Origin: Octopus sinensis
Lineage: Eukaryota
Length of the DNA stretch: 64,000 bases
NCBI RefSeq assembly: GCF_006345805.1
Contig: NC_042999.1
Location: forward strand, 74,896,001-74,960,000
Direction: 5' to 3'
Positions 12,746-24,666 of this stretch are shown here, piece after piece. The notes under the pieces are model-generated. The model saw only the letters and a list, made by a program, of their open reading frames with translations, had not been told where the DNA came from and made no database searches. A program made the position numbers and the translations under genes. How positions within the stretch are numbered: the stretch's first letter is position 1; the number at the start of each line of letters is the position of its first letter.

Positions 12746-13699
12746 AAATATACGAAACCCAGTATATGACTACCCGTCTGATAAGGCTACACCAGGCGCA
12801 TGCTTCACAACCATATGAGCGTGACAAGGTGATTTCATATCAAGATAAACAGCACACGACCTTGTAGATGAGGCCCAGTTAGAATTTTCTTTAGATTGAG
12901 TAGCCCGTTCCACTTAAAAGGTCCTTGAATAAGGGTTGTTTAAGGATGTTGAACAAAATACCCATGTTTCCAAACGTGAATTATCTAAACTCCGCAGAAT
13001 TCCTTTCAACACAGGGCTATGATGCTCCCCCACTACTTGTGCACGTAATCAGAGATGCACATATCGTCAGCCATTAAGGGATGGGCTCAACTGATTAAGG
13101 TCAAGCAACTGACAAGTAAATCTGTGGTATTAAGCAGAATATTTGCTGTAGCCCATCTTTTATATCAAGACAAAACAATATACATGATAACACTTCCAAT
13201 CAGTCAAGACCAGAAGCCATGAAGGCCACTGCCTGGCACTGCATCAGGACATTTGTTGTTGTTGTTGTCTTCATACACAACAAATTTGACTGTTGAAAAA
13301 GAAAAAAACCCTAACATCAAGTACAGCAAGTAACCTTAGACGCCAAGAACCTCCTTAAGTATTCTAGCTGTTCATTTTTTCATCATTTGGGAATGTAAAG
13401 TCAATTATTTGGCACTTTCTATTCTCTTTATCTACAACTACTAAATCAGGCCTTCTAGCTTCTATTACTCTGTCAGTCTGAATGTTTAAGTCCCACATCA
13501 TCTTGCATTTTTTACTTTCTCGTACTCTACTAGGTTCATGTTCATAACATGTTCAAATCCTAGCTTTCTACATGGCTCCCAGCAGATTGCTCTCCCTTGA
13601 TTGTCATGTCTTTTCTTGTATTCTTTCTATGCCAGCATGCTACATTCACTTACTCTACATTGAGAATCTACTTGGATTTTGGATATCTTGGCTTTTATC

Positions 13700-13858
13700 C
13701 AGTGTGTTTCATCCACTGCGTTTCATCTTTTCGGGGTCGATAGATTGAGTACCAGTCAAGTACTGAAGTCGATGTGATCGACTATTCCCCTCCTCATAAT
13801 TTCCAGGCCTTGTGCTTGTAGTAGAAAGGATTATTATTATTATTATTATTATTATTAT
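13700..13858 (+). mobile_element. SINE family A 3' half with (ATT)n tail
   Basis: TTTCATCTTTTCGGGGTCGATAGATTGAGTACCAG core, then GGCCTTGTGCTTGTAGTAGAAAGG, then (ATT)n at 13830-13858. Confidence 0.75.
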
Positions 13859-14762
13859 GTTTTTTTTTTCTTTCTTAAATTTTTCTTCCATTTCTCGCCG
13901 GGTGTTTTCCATACACCTAGGGCAGAGAAGCTCATTGTATGCATTCCCAGATTACACACGCAAATTCACAGATAAAATATATATTTAAAAATTAATGAAT
14001 AAATAAATTCATGGATGAATATTGTTTTCTCAGCGATAATGCTCTTCTCAGTACATGAGCCGTTCCAGTTAAGCCTGGAATCATTTTCAAATAGGTTTCA
14101 GTACCTTTTTTTATCATTCCTAGAGATCCTACAATCACTGGTACTGTAGTCCCCTTGAGATGCCACATTTTTTCAATTTCTGTTAGCAGGTCTTTATATT
14201 TACTAATCTTGTCAAATTCTTTCGCCGCTATATTGTGATCGCAAGGGATACTCATGTCAATTAATAAACACATCTTTTATGTCTGATCTTTTATAATAAT
14301 ATCCGGTTTATTAGCTTTTATAGTCTTGTCGGTCTGTACGGGGAAGTCCCATAGAATCGACATTTTCTCCCTCAGTCACAGCTTCAGGATGGTGTTTATA
14401 CCATTTGTCAACGGTTTTGATTTTATAATACCAACATATTGTCCAATGTAAATACTGGCTGACTCTGTCATGTCTTGCTTTATATTCTGCAGGTGCTAAG
14501 ACTCTACACCCTGAGATTAGGTGGTCTATTGTTTCAATCTCATCGTTACAGAATCGGCATTTTGGGTCAGCTTCGTTTTTTATCACATTGGCTTGGTAGT
14601 TCCGGGTTAATAAGCTTTGGTCTTGAGCAGCTAATATGAAACCTTCACTCTCTGCTTTTAGCCCTGAGCTTCGTAACCATTGGTGCGTGTGTTTCTGGTC
14701 GACATCAGCTTGTTTGCTACGGGCCACATACTTGCCATGGAGAGGTTTCTGTTCCCATCTGC
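13859..14762 (-). mobile_element. 5'-truncated Dong/R4 LINE flanked by (TAA)n on both sides
   Basis: ORFs 14311-14727 and 13992-14273: AAQDQSLLTRNY, CRFCNDEIETIDHLISGC (CCHC), RHDRVSQYLHW, CLLIDMSIPCD..KE..KYKDL, VPVIVGSLG. TTA arrays at 13830-13858 and 14763-14812. Confidence 0.9.
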
Positions 14763-14812
<50 letters not shown>

Positions 14813-14814
14813 TT

Positions 14815-15075
14815 TTAAACAAATTCTGCCGATGTCGACTTTGTTTTTCATCATTTCGGGATCGATAAATTAAGTACCAGTGAAACACTGTGGTCGATAC
14901 AATCGACTCTCCCCTCCCACCCAATTTCAGACCTTGTGCCTTTAGTGTACAAGATTATCGTGATTATCAAGGCGGCCAGCTGTCGGAATCGTTTGCACGC
15001 CGCGCCATATGCTCAACAGCATTTCGTCCGTCTTCACGTTCTTAGTTCAAATTCCACTGAGGCCTTGAGCCTATA
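14815..15075 (+). mobile_element. two tandem SINE family A fragments
   Basis: A core plus tail at 14815-14965, then a tRNA-like head GGCGGCCAGCTGTCGGAATCG...TAGTTCAAATTCC at 14970-15060. Confidence 0.7.
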
Positions 15076-15474
15076 GTAGAAAGTTTCACCCCGTTTCAGT
15101 TCCTGAATTAGCAGAAGCTCATTCCAAAAACTTTTTCGGCTATATAATTTCAATGACTCTTTTTTCACAAGATTGCCAGCACAAGTTTTAATAGAGGAGT
15201 GGTTGTAGGAGAAAATGCATTAGTTTTCTCGTGCTCAAACTACTCTAGTCATAGAAGTCAACCATGCGTGGCAGTCCCCACTTCCATTGACTTTAGCAAA
15301 ATAACTTATCAACAACACTACTAACACCAACATCGCCAACACCACCAGCACCACCTACAATTACAACAACGTCAACAGCAAAACATGACAGCTAACACCA
15401 GCATGATCCGTGAGAACTCTAACAGCAACAATCATAGGAAAACCATCAGCAGCAGTAACATAAAAAATAATAAT

Positions 15475-18400
15475 AATGAAATTATTGTATACAGTGCTCA
15501 GGTGCACCACAACTTGTCAGACAGTGCATATAAAGTATATGCAGGAGTGTACAAATGTCTGGAAAGCGAATAATGTATGAGTCAGATACATGCTTGTGTG
15601 TGTATGGAGGGGAGAAAATCAGGTGTAGTGTTGGCGAATCTCAGAAAGCATGGAAGTTTTGAAGGATGCAGTGCTCCGACAACTAACAACTGATGCCGGC
15701 AGTTTGTTCCATGCTTCAGCAACTCTCAGCGTGAAAAAATGTTTCCTAAAGTCATGGGAGCTGTGCTGTTTTCTGATTTTGTAAATATGTCCATGGGTGT
15801 TAGACGGGTGGAGTTTGAAAAGGTGCTCAGAGTTATTGTTTGTAAGATGGTTAATAATTTTATGGGTGTCTGCCAAGTCAGCTGCCAGACGTCAGAGTTT
15901 CAATGTGTCCATGCCCAAGGAAGTAAGGCGTTCAGAATATGGCAAATGCCTGATGGAGAGTATTCTTTTGGTTGCACGTCGCTGAACGGCTTCCAGACGA
16001 TTAATATCCTGGGCAAGATAGGGGTTCCAGACCGGTGATGCAAATTCCAGGTGAGGTCTTACCATAGCTATATAAAGCCGCAGATAGATAGCCGGAGAGC
16101 GGTTCACAAAGGACTTGGTGAGTGATGCCAAGATACCCTCAGCCTTCTTGGAAATTTTAGCGATGTGTTTTGTCCAACGCAAATCGTTGTCGACGATAAC
16201 ACCCAGGTCACGTTCATACGAAGACTTTTTGGGATTAGTGTTGTGGAGGGAGTAAGTGGACGCTGGGTTTCTCCTCCCAAAATGCATGGTGGTACATTTG
16301 TCCACAGCCAGCTTGAGTTGCAAGTCCATGACCCACTGCTGCATTGTGTCCAGGTCTGCTTGCAATAGAGATCTATAGTGTACAGGATCTGATCTCTTTA
16401 TTTCGAAGTACAGCTTGATGTCATCTGCATATTTCAGCACTGTGGCATTCTTTAAGTTGGCATCTATGTCATTAACATATGCAACAAATAAAAGGGGGCC
16501 AAGAACAGATCCCTGTGGTACACCAGATGTCATCTCATAGGGTGAAGAGTGCTGTCCTAGAACTGTGACAACCTCTTTTCGGCCGAAAATAAAGGACTTC
16601 AACCAGTTATCGAGTTCGTCACTTACGCCCAACGCAGAGAGTTTCACCATAAGTCTTTTGTGTGGCACAGAATTAAAAGCCTTAGCAAAGTCCAAGTAAA
16701 CAACATCCACCCACGATCCGCGATCAGTGATTCGGGTAATGTCTTCAAGAAACTCGATGAGTTGATTACAGCAGCTGGAGTTAGGAATAAATCCAAATTG
16801 TGACGGCTGGATGAGGCTGTGAGACTTCCAGAAGTTCCAGAGGGTTTCCCTGACACAGGATTCCATTGAACAGAGGGATAACACTGGCAGTTTTCCACTG
16901 CTCTGGAGTAACACCATTGTCAAGACAGAATTGGAAGAATAGAGAAAGTTGGCTTAGAAGAAAGTACCCAACGCGTTTGAGAAGTAGGTATGTAACACCA
17001 TCGAGGCATAGTTGCGTTTATCAAGTGTGAACAGTTTATTGATGGACATCGTCTTGTAGAAATAGCTGCAAATAATCCCAAACTAAAAGATTAGGCAGTT
17101 GAGCTAGCCATGGCACCTCATTGCACTGACAACATTCCTGTAATATTGTACATGGAAGCTCTGTGTGGGTGGTCATTGACTCACCCGCCCACCCCTCTCT
17201 CAGTATGTTGTGTATTAATGCCAAGTCTGTTCAGTTCTAGAAGGAAGACACCTAACATGGAATTACCACATGGAAGTTTATTATGCAACACCACACACTT
17301 AATATTAACAATTAAGGAATTCTCACAAAATTGTGGATTGTTGTCTGACTCGGCATTGTAGCGTTGGCGTTGTAGCATTGCTGGTGTAAATTGCATAGTA
17401 GATATAGAGTCCGGTGTCAGTGGTGATGAAGATGGAACATTTTGGTCTTCGACAGTAAAGATGCCGGCATAGCATCCAGCAATGATTTCTGCACATTCTT
17501 TGGGATTGCCAGTAATCTGTCCTGTGTGGGAATTGCGAAGGGAACCAACTGGAGAGTGAGGTCTCTGCTTTGAGTGCACATACTTCCAGAACACTTTGCT
17601 GTCAGGGTTGGTTGCAATGCGTTGTTCAAATTCAAGCACTGCCTTTTTTGTCACCTGCTTGAGGTGGTTGGCTGACCTATTGCGCTTTTTCCTGTTGATC
17701 TCTGATTTGTGCAATTTGTAATCCTGTTCAGCATTACGGCGTCCTTTCCTGGCAAGTCGGACTGCTGCAGTCTCTCAAATTGCACTATTGGGTGGTTTTT
17801 GTGCTTGCGTGGTACTGATGTTGCACATGCCGCCCATATTGAATTCAGAATGTTCTGGAGTATAGTGTCCACATCTCCAGAGGCATGAAATTCGAGCCAG
17901 TTTGGTCGTTGCAGCTCAGTACAATAAGAGCTCCAGTCTACTTTATTCCAGTCAAAGCGGGCAGTTTGAAGATGGTTGTGGTTTTTGTTACAACCAATCA
18001 GAGACAAGTCGGTCATGAGCATGGAATGATCAGAGTCACCTGAAGATTGTTTCAGGAGAACCGGTAAGTAGCAGATCCAAAGTATTGTTACCCCTTGCGG
18101 GGGAGGTAACGACTTGGGACCAATTTGAATTCAGCACCAGTTCAAGGAAATCGTCTGCACTTTGCGGCCAACGGAAGGCCTCCCAGTCAATCTCAGGGAA
18201 ATTGAAGTCGCCCGCAATATAAACATACGTGGCTGTTTTCATGACAGCAGTTCTGACGATAATTTGGGGGGCGGTAAACAACTCCAAGCAGAAGAGTTGA
18301 CCTGGTCATGTGTATATTGCAGAAAAATACTTCCTGCTGAGATTGGTTCAAATCATCACAAGGGATTGCCGATAGATTTGATCGAACATAAACCATCACA

Positions 18401-18600
18401 CCCCCTCCACGGCGATTAATGCGGTCTTTGCAGAACAGGTTGTAGCCGGTTATGCTGAAAACTCCATCACAGAGTGCAGAATGTGCCCATGTTTCCGTGA
18501 CTGTGATGAAATCTGGGTTGATACTTTTGACGTAAGAATCAAAAAGATGTACCAATAACGCTGACTGCAACAACAGCATCAACAAGAAAGAAAACAGTAA
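15475..18600 (-). mobile_element. CR1-clade LINE, 5'-truncated and defective ORF2 (APE plus RT)
   Basis: APE: FITVTETW, GGGVMVYV, GVVYRPP, AGDFNFPEIDW, TLDLLLT, SDH. RT: [43 protein letters not shown]1-type C-terminus GHIYKI..RKHFFTLRVAEAWNKLP. Confidence 0.92.
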
Positions 18601-18800
18601 TGCCTTTTATGAAGACAGTAACTAGGAAACACTCTAAAAAGAAAAGAAAAATCGGATCTAGTTGGTTTGACTGGCAGCATTTCAAAAATTAAAAGTTTAT
18701 CGAAAATTTTAAAATCTGGCACAATAATATACTTTTCCAAACTAAGTTGCTGGAGTTATTTCACTTTTTCCAGAAAAATGTTTTTAAAAGGTTATAGTGG

Positions 18801-19878
18801 GGATCTTTTCGGTTTGAACGGCAGTTTTTAAAAATAATTTCTATGTAACTAAAGAATTTTAAACTTCGTATACTGGTAGAATGTGTTTATAAAACATTTT
18901 TTTCTCTTGGCTTTCTTGAGAAAATTCTATAGTTTGTAAGATATTTAGTCTTTAATTTCTTGCATTTCGGCAATTTCAACCAATCAATGACGTCTATTGA
19001 GGTGAAAACGATTTCTGCCGTAACATTTTATGGCGGCATCATATAAAAATGTCCCTGTTTTTTATGAGAAAAAAGATACCCTGTGGCCATAAACTGAGGG
19101 GTCACTCGTAAACAGACCTGGATAACATAACCGTTTCCTCTTTAGTGTCCACCCATAATTATGACTCTAGTATCGATCTATTGCATTTCAATCTGTTTTA
19201 GGGTTAGGGTTAGAGTTAGGGTTAGGGGTTGGGTTAGGGTTAGGGTTTGGGTTAAGGTTAGGGTTAGGGTTTAGGTTAGAATTAGGGGTGGGGGGAAGGG
19301 TATCTTTTTTTTCTTCAGAAACGTAAATAAACCCAACCTGTTTCTTAAACGAGGGACATTTTCATATTTCACCGCCAGAAAATTTTACGGCAGATAATGT
19401 TTTCACCTCAATAGACGTCATTGATTGGTTGAAATTACCAAAATTGAAGAAAATATCTTACAAATATCTTACAAACTACAGAATCTTCTCAAGAAAGCCA
19501 ATAGAAAAAGATGTTTTTGTGGGATGACGTCAGCAGCTGGGCGAGCTGACCGGAAGGGGGCAGCCGGCGATGCGCGCGCAGCGAGCGGGGTTTTCGGCCT
19601 TTTTCGAACCAGGGTCGTCGGGGTGTTAAGACGGGTGAAGACGTTGCTAAGGTTGGGTGAAGCAGCTGCTATCTCTAGCGTTCGAGTTGGGCTGTGTCGA
19701 AGGATCCGCTACCACTGAAGGGTCTCCATCAGAGAGAAGAGAAGGTAGGTGCCTTTATATTCGAATATCTCGCACACACCACAGTTTTATAAACACATTC
19801 TACCAGTATACAAAGTTTAAAAGTGTTTAGTTACATAGAAATTATTTTTTAAAACTGCCGTTCAAACCGAAGAGATCC
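18801..19878. mobile_element. Merlin-type foldback MITE with long TIRs and internal (TTAGGG)n
   Basis: TIR ends GGATCTTTTCGGTTTGAACGGCAG and CTGCCGTTCAAACCGAAGAGATCC. Perfect 8-bp TSD TATAGTGG at 18793-18800 and 19879-19886. TTAGGG-like tract at ~19197-19290. Confidence 0.87.
19518..19783. mobile_element. probable solo LTR (266 bp)
   Basis: TGTGG...CCACA termini and a 5-bp TSD GTTTT (19513-17, 19784-88). It is GC-rich and interrupts the right TIR of the MITE exactly. Confidence 0.65.
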
Positions 19879-21009
19879 TATAGTGGTTTAAATCTGATCA
19901 TTTTCACCCAGTCAGGAAGCAGGATTTGGAAGCTGTCATTTCGTGCGTGACTGCACATTTTGTTGTCAGCATCCTCAAAATGGCATGTGTTGTCAATATT
20001 TGTAAACAGCACGTGTTTTGTAGTTTGACGCATTCAATATACATTTAATGCGATAGCGCGAACTTAAAAGATTTATCCCCAAAACGTTATTTAGCTGTTA
20101 TTTTTAGCACATCTCACATCTACCTCAATGACAAAAAGAAACGAATAAACAAGTAGTTTTAAGCATTTAATACGAATTTAATGCAAATGCAATGAACAAC
20201 ACGTTACATGCGATAAAAACATTGCAATTTTTCCCACAAATGGTTTCAATACTGTTTTAACAAAGATTTGGAAGAATTAGATGAAAGTCCTCCAGTAATT
20301 TTCTTTCATGTAAATAAATGTTTATGCTAATTTAAACGATATATCCAAAATACGTTATTTAGCTGATATTTTTAGGACACCTCACAACCACCTCAATGAC
20401 AAAAAGAAACAAAAAAACGAATAAACAAGTAGTTTTAAGCATTCAATATGCATTTAATGCAAATGCGATGAACAACACGTTACAAATTAAATATTTAAAA
20501 AAAACCATTTTGTTGGCCAATTTATATTCACATGCTTGATTGTCAACAGACAGGTAAAACAAGTGGTTGCAATATATTAGTCAACATGTGCTTTCTGGCA
20601 GACAAAAGAGTTCCTGTGCTCCGCTTGTTACTATGGAAACAGGCATGAACGTGTGTGTGGCTTACGATTGGCTAAAATGACCAAAAATTTCAAACTTTAC
20701 TTGCTAATAATTCTTTATTTATTTATTTGTAGCAAAAATGAATTTCATGCCATTCATTAGCCAATAAAAGTGTATCATCACATTGAATACGGAATCAATT
20801 TGAACAGAATTGATGCTGGCAGCCAAACCGACTAGATCCAAAAATTCCTTCGCAAATATTACAAATAAGTGAATCAGCCATTCCTTATCAAGAGAAAGCG
20901 GAGGCCATCAAAAAATATCCGGAATATATCATTCGACCTGGCGTCATGGCACTCCCAGAAAAAGAAAGGATTTGAATAAAAAAAAAGAAAAGATCAATAA
21001 TATGTAAGT

Positions 21010-21620
21010 ACATTAATCTTAGAGAAAGAAGCCTACAATGCCCTTCACCAGCCAAAATAGAAAAATGCCAGGAAGAAGTGTCGCCTTACGTAATTTATAT
21101 CTACTGAAGGAGGCAATATGGGTGGTAGCTATCCGCAGTAACGAAGAGGAAGTGCTCAAGATGGCTACAATGACCTGCTCCTGCGACCAGTTCGTGATGA
21201 TCCCTTTATACATGGGACGTCTTGTGACCAAGGTCAAGGTTTCAAACATGTCTCCTCACTGGAGTAATGGCCATACTAAAGGAACACGGAGAGATAAGTA
21301 TGAAAGCAAGCCCCTAACAAAACAGGAGTTGGTTGCTCCGGAAGAGGTCCATGTTATCCCAGATTTTTTCTTGTTTCCGAGAGTGCGAACAGATGCGGGT
21401 GATCGTGGAAGTTAAGAAACCTGAATGTTATATTTGTAGAAATACCGATCACCTAAAAGCATTCTGCCCCACTGTGGAGAAGTCGAGAGAAGTGCCTCAC
21501 GTTGCGCCACTATTCTCAACGCCAAATCCGTTGCAATCCCAAAGTGGAAAGCAGTGGCAACTACAACGTCAAGCACAGAAGCAGATAGGAAAAAAGGCTA
21601 ACGGAAATCCTACTGACCCT
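21010..21620 (+). pseudogene. Tx1/L1 ORF1-like relic with CCHC zinc knuckle
   Basis: YMGRLVTKVKVSNMSP and VIVEVKKPECYICRNTDHLKAFCP parallel YLGQRVTKVTIKIVPP and VVVKGRRPRGYLCGSETHLKSH at 27990-28290. Confidence 0.55.
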
Positions 21621-23619
21621 TAGACAGCATTTCCTTTGTATGGTGGAAGAGGTTGTGTGGTGAACCAGGTTGAGCACGAAGGATAAACGACGAACCAAAT
21701 CAAATGCTATGGTACTTGAAAGGAAACCCAACTTTCATTCAAATAGTGAAGAATATATGAATATTCAGATCACAGCCAGGTTCCAAATGATTCTGCTGAA
21801 AGACTTGTAGGAAGACTATACAGACGATTTGTGGAGTAAAGAGAATCAGGAATGGAAGGGGACCAGGGTGCTGATAAAGTTCTGATCAAATCTGCATCGT
21901 CATTTCTCAGTGTCGTGGTGATAGGTTGCTCTTGGTCTTGTATTTATTCATTCGTTGATACTTTTTCATTCCCTTTCTTTTCGTTCCATGCTGTACAGTG
22001 AATCGATCTGTCCTTGAATGGTTTAAGCAGCATTTGAGAGAAGAGATCGTTAGTTATCCACTGAGCCCTTTTCTGGAAATAGAAATGCTCTGAATAGTCT
22101 CCATAATTTTCTCATAATGCAAAGTAGCCGATCACTGGGAAAGAAGGAAATAGAAATGAAGTGAATGTGAGAAAAGAATTTGGTTAAAGTATTTGACTGG
22201 TACTTTCTTTGTTTCTTGCAACGCTTTATTTTTTTATAATATCTAATACCCTGACTCAAGATTCTCTTAAAAACAGTACACAAGAATTATTCAATAAAGA
22301 GATAAGACAAAATTATCTTCATTAACAATTTCTGATTAATTATACAAAAAAGAAACGAATGAATTGCAATTAATCTTACGTTAATATATTTAGTACAGCA
22401 AGAACTGTAAGTTTGTTAAGGAAAAACATGTTATCAAAATCATCTGAGAAGAGAATGAAAAAGCAAGCTGAGGAGAAAGGTGAGTAAATGCAGTACCTTT
22501 AACAATAATTTCCTATTATGTTTGTCAAAGTCTGAAGTCTCAAATGATATTCTAACGAATCATTGCCTAAAATTGATAAAAGTTACCAAAATCATCGAAG
22601 AAGGTAAAGACAAAGCAAGCTGAAAAGAAAGAAGAATAAAAGATCGTTTGATAAAAAGTTCCCTTAATATTTGGTAAGATCTGAAATCTTTCCAGTTTCA
22701 TATCTCTACGCACTCCGGTAAGAAAAAGAATGTTCATCGACATAACTTTTGTACATTGTGTGATCTTAACTTATTTTGGGGGTTTTCGACTGTAAGTCGG
22801 CAGTTCTAAGTATCAGGTAGCCGGTTTGATAATTTGTGCAATGTGATCATCTAAATGCTTGCTGTATTTGACAATACGGGTCTTATTAATCCATCTGTGT
22901 GTGAACATTGTATATGTGTATGTTTATGAACGAGAATTATGCGATTGTGTTTCTGTTAAGCAGACGTTATCTATCTCTCTATCTCTATCTATTTATCTAT
23001 CTATCCATCCATCTATCCGTCTGTCTGTCTGTTTATATAGCTGTCAATCTATAGATATAATAAATTCAATTAAATGACCAGTTGTTAAAACTCATTATAC
23101 ATACGCTTTAGAGTAAAGACTCAAGTGAATACAGCGCATATAAATAAAATGAATTTTTCTTCCTTTCCGCAATAAACATGTACTTCATTTCATTGGCTTA
23201 GAGGAAGATATAAGCTATTTATAAGCGCACTTAACTCTGAGTGCATAACTTCTTGTAGAAGAGACAACTGTTACCTAATGGAAGTCCTCCTGTAACTCCT
23301 GTTGTTGTGATTCATTCATACATATGTATATGTACACACATACACACACACACACACACACATATGTATATATGTTGAAGGTAAAAAGTAACACACGAGT
23401 TGTTATGTATAAGGAAAATAAGACAAGGTTGAAAATGCTAAAATAATTTTATTGTGAAGTACATTTTAGCAGCGGTTTCTGCTTTTTAGACTTTTTCAAC
23501 TAAGAGTAAAATAAGAAAAACAATTAAATTGGTGAAAAAAATTAAGTGAAATGTTTTGTAGATATTTCGATAGTCTTTAAATAGGTGAATATTTCCATCA
23601 TCTTCAGATAGTCTGTCTG

Positions 23620-23629
23620 TCTCTGTCTG

Positions 23630-23720
<91 letters not shown>
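23620..23720. repeat. (CT)n(AT)n compound microsatellite
   Basis: Direct reading. Confidence 0.97.
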
Positions 23721-23723
<3 letters not shown>

Positions 23724-23951
23724 AAATAAGAAAATGGAGAAATACATCGAATTCAAATATCAATTAGCAGATAATACTCAATCACATACTTTATTAAACC
23801 ACCACATAAGAAACTATAAGGTTAAACATAATAATGTAGGGCAAAACAGTGTACATGAAGGAGTGTACATAAAATAGTAATGTTATACAATAAGTAGAAT
23901 ATGTATAATAGAAAATAAATATAAGTACACATAAATATAAATATAGACTAT

Positions 23952-24078
23952 ATCTTACAGCTGCTTCGGTCATGTAGATAATCATGTCTCATTTAACTTA
24001 TATTAGCCATTTATGGTAGGTCAATATGTAGTTATAAATGAGACATTTACAAAAACATCCTAAGGCCTCTTCGGAGAT
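23952..24078 (-). ncRNA. degenerate type I hammerhead ribozyme with long stem II (Penelope-type)
   Basis: ATCT-CCGAAGA-GGCC[92 nt]GACC-GAAG-CAGCTG-TA-AGAT. Stem I is ATCT/AGAT and stem III is palindromic. The insert contains the hairpin ATGTCTCATTT/AAATGAGACAT. Confidence 0.55.
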
Positions 24079-24666
24079 TACAAATTAGATTACATACATA
24101 CTTATATGGAGTGGGTACATACCCATAATAAAACATATACATATACATATGAGTGCATATACTCATACTCCTATACATATAAATATACATATACATAATG
24201 ATATAAATAATATAAATTAATAAACATACATATCCTCCACATTCAATGTTACAGTTTTTCAACTTAATGTTGTGATAATTACAATGTAGAAAAACATACA
24301 CATATTAATACCTAAATGCAGATATAGAGAGCCAAGATTACATTCTATTAGTTCTTATTAATTTCCAAAATGTCATTAAAGCTAGCATCATTATCATTGT
24401 CGTTACCACTAATGCTACCAATATCATCATTCATATTATTATTAATAACGCTAATACTAGAGAAACAATACATAAATTCCATTATTAGCAATATAGTCAC
24501 AATAGTATTGCAATACCATGCAAAGTGTTAGATATCCGCATATACATACGAAATATGAAGTACTAAAGTCATCTATTAACTCTAATTCATGACCTAATAC
24601 CATTAAATGTATTTTTACAAATAATTAGGAAATCCTCACTGCCTTACTTGCTGCTACTATAATATA

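Larger units (their letters stand above)
18654..20839. mobile_element. Merlin-type non-autonomous element (outer member of a nest)
   Basis: TIRs GGATCTAGTTGGTTTGACTGGCAGC and GCTGGCAGCCAAACCGACTAGATCC. Flanks GAAAAATC / AAAAATTC match at 6/8. The interior is homologous (inverted) to 33130-33757 and 2700-3300. Confidence 0.75.

Noticed and set aside
19197-19290. True telomere or chromosome-fusion site
   Set aside because: The short degenerate TTAGGG tract lies inside a TIR- and TSD-bounded MITE.
22428-22485. Possible host mini-exon MLSKSSEKRMKKQAEEK followed by a GTGAGT donor
   Set aside because: One donor-like site with no recognisable domain or partner exons is expected by chance in 64 kb. 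RNA-seq would be needed.
23455-23510. Hammerhead-like GAAACCGCTG on the minus strand (also CTGATGA near 54665 and GAAACCAGTC near 54414)
   Set aside because: The core is doubly mutated or half the motif is missing, and the stems do not close convincingly.
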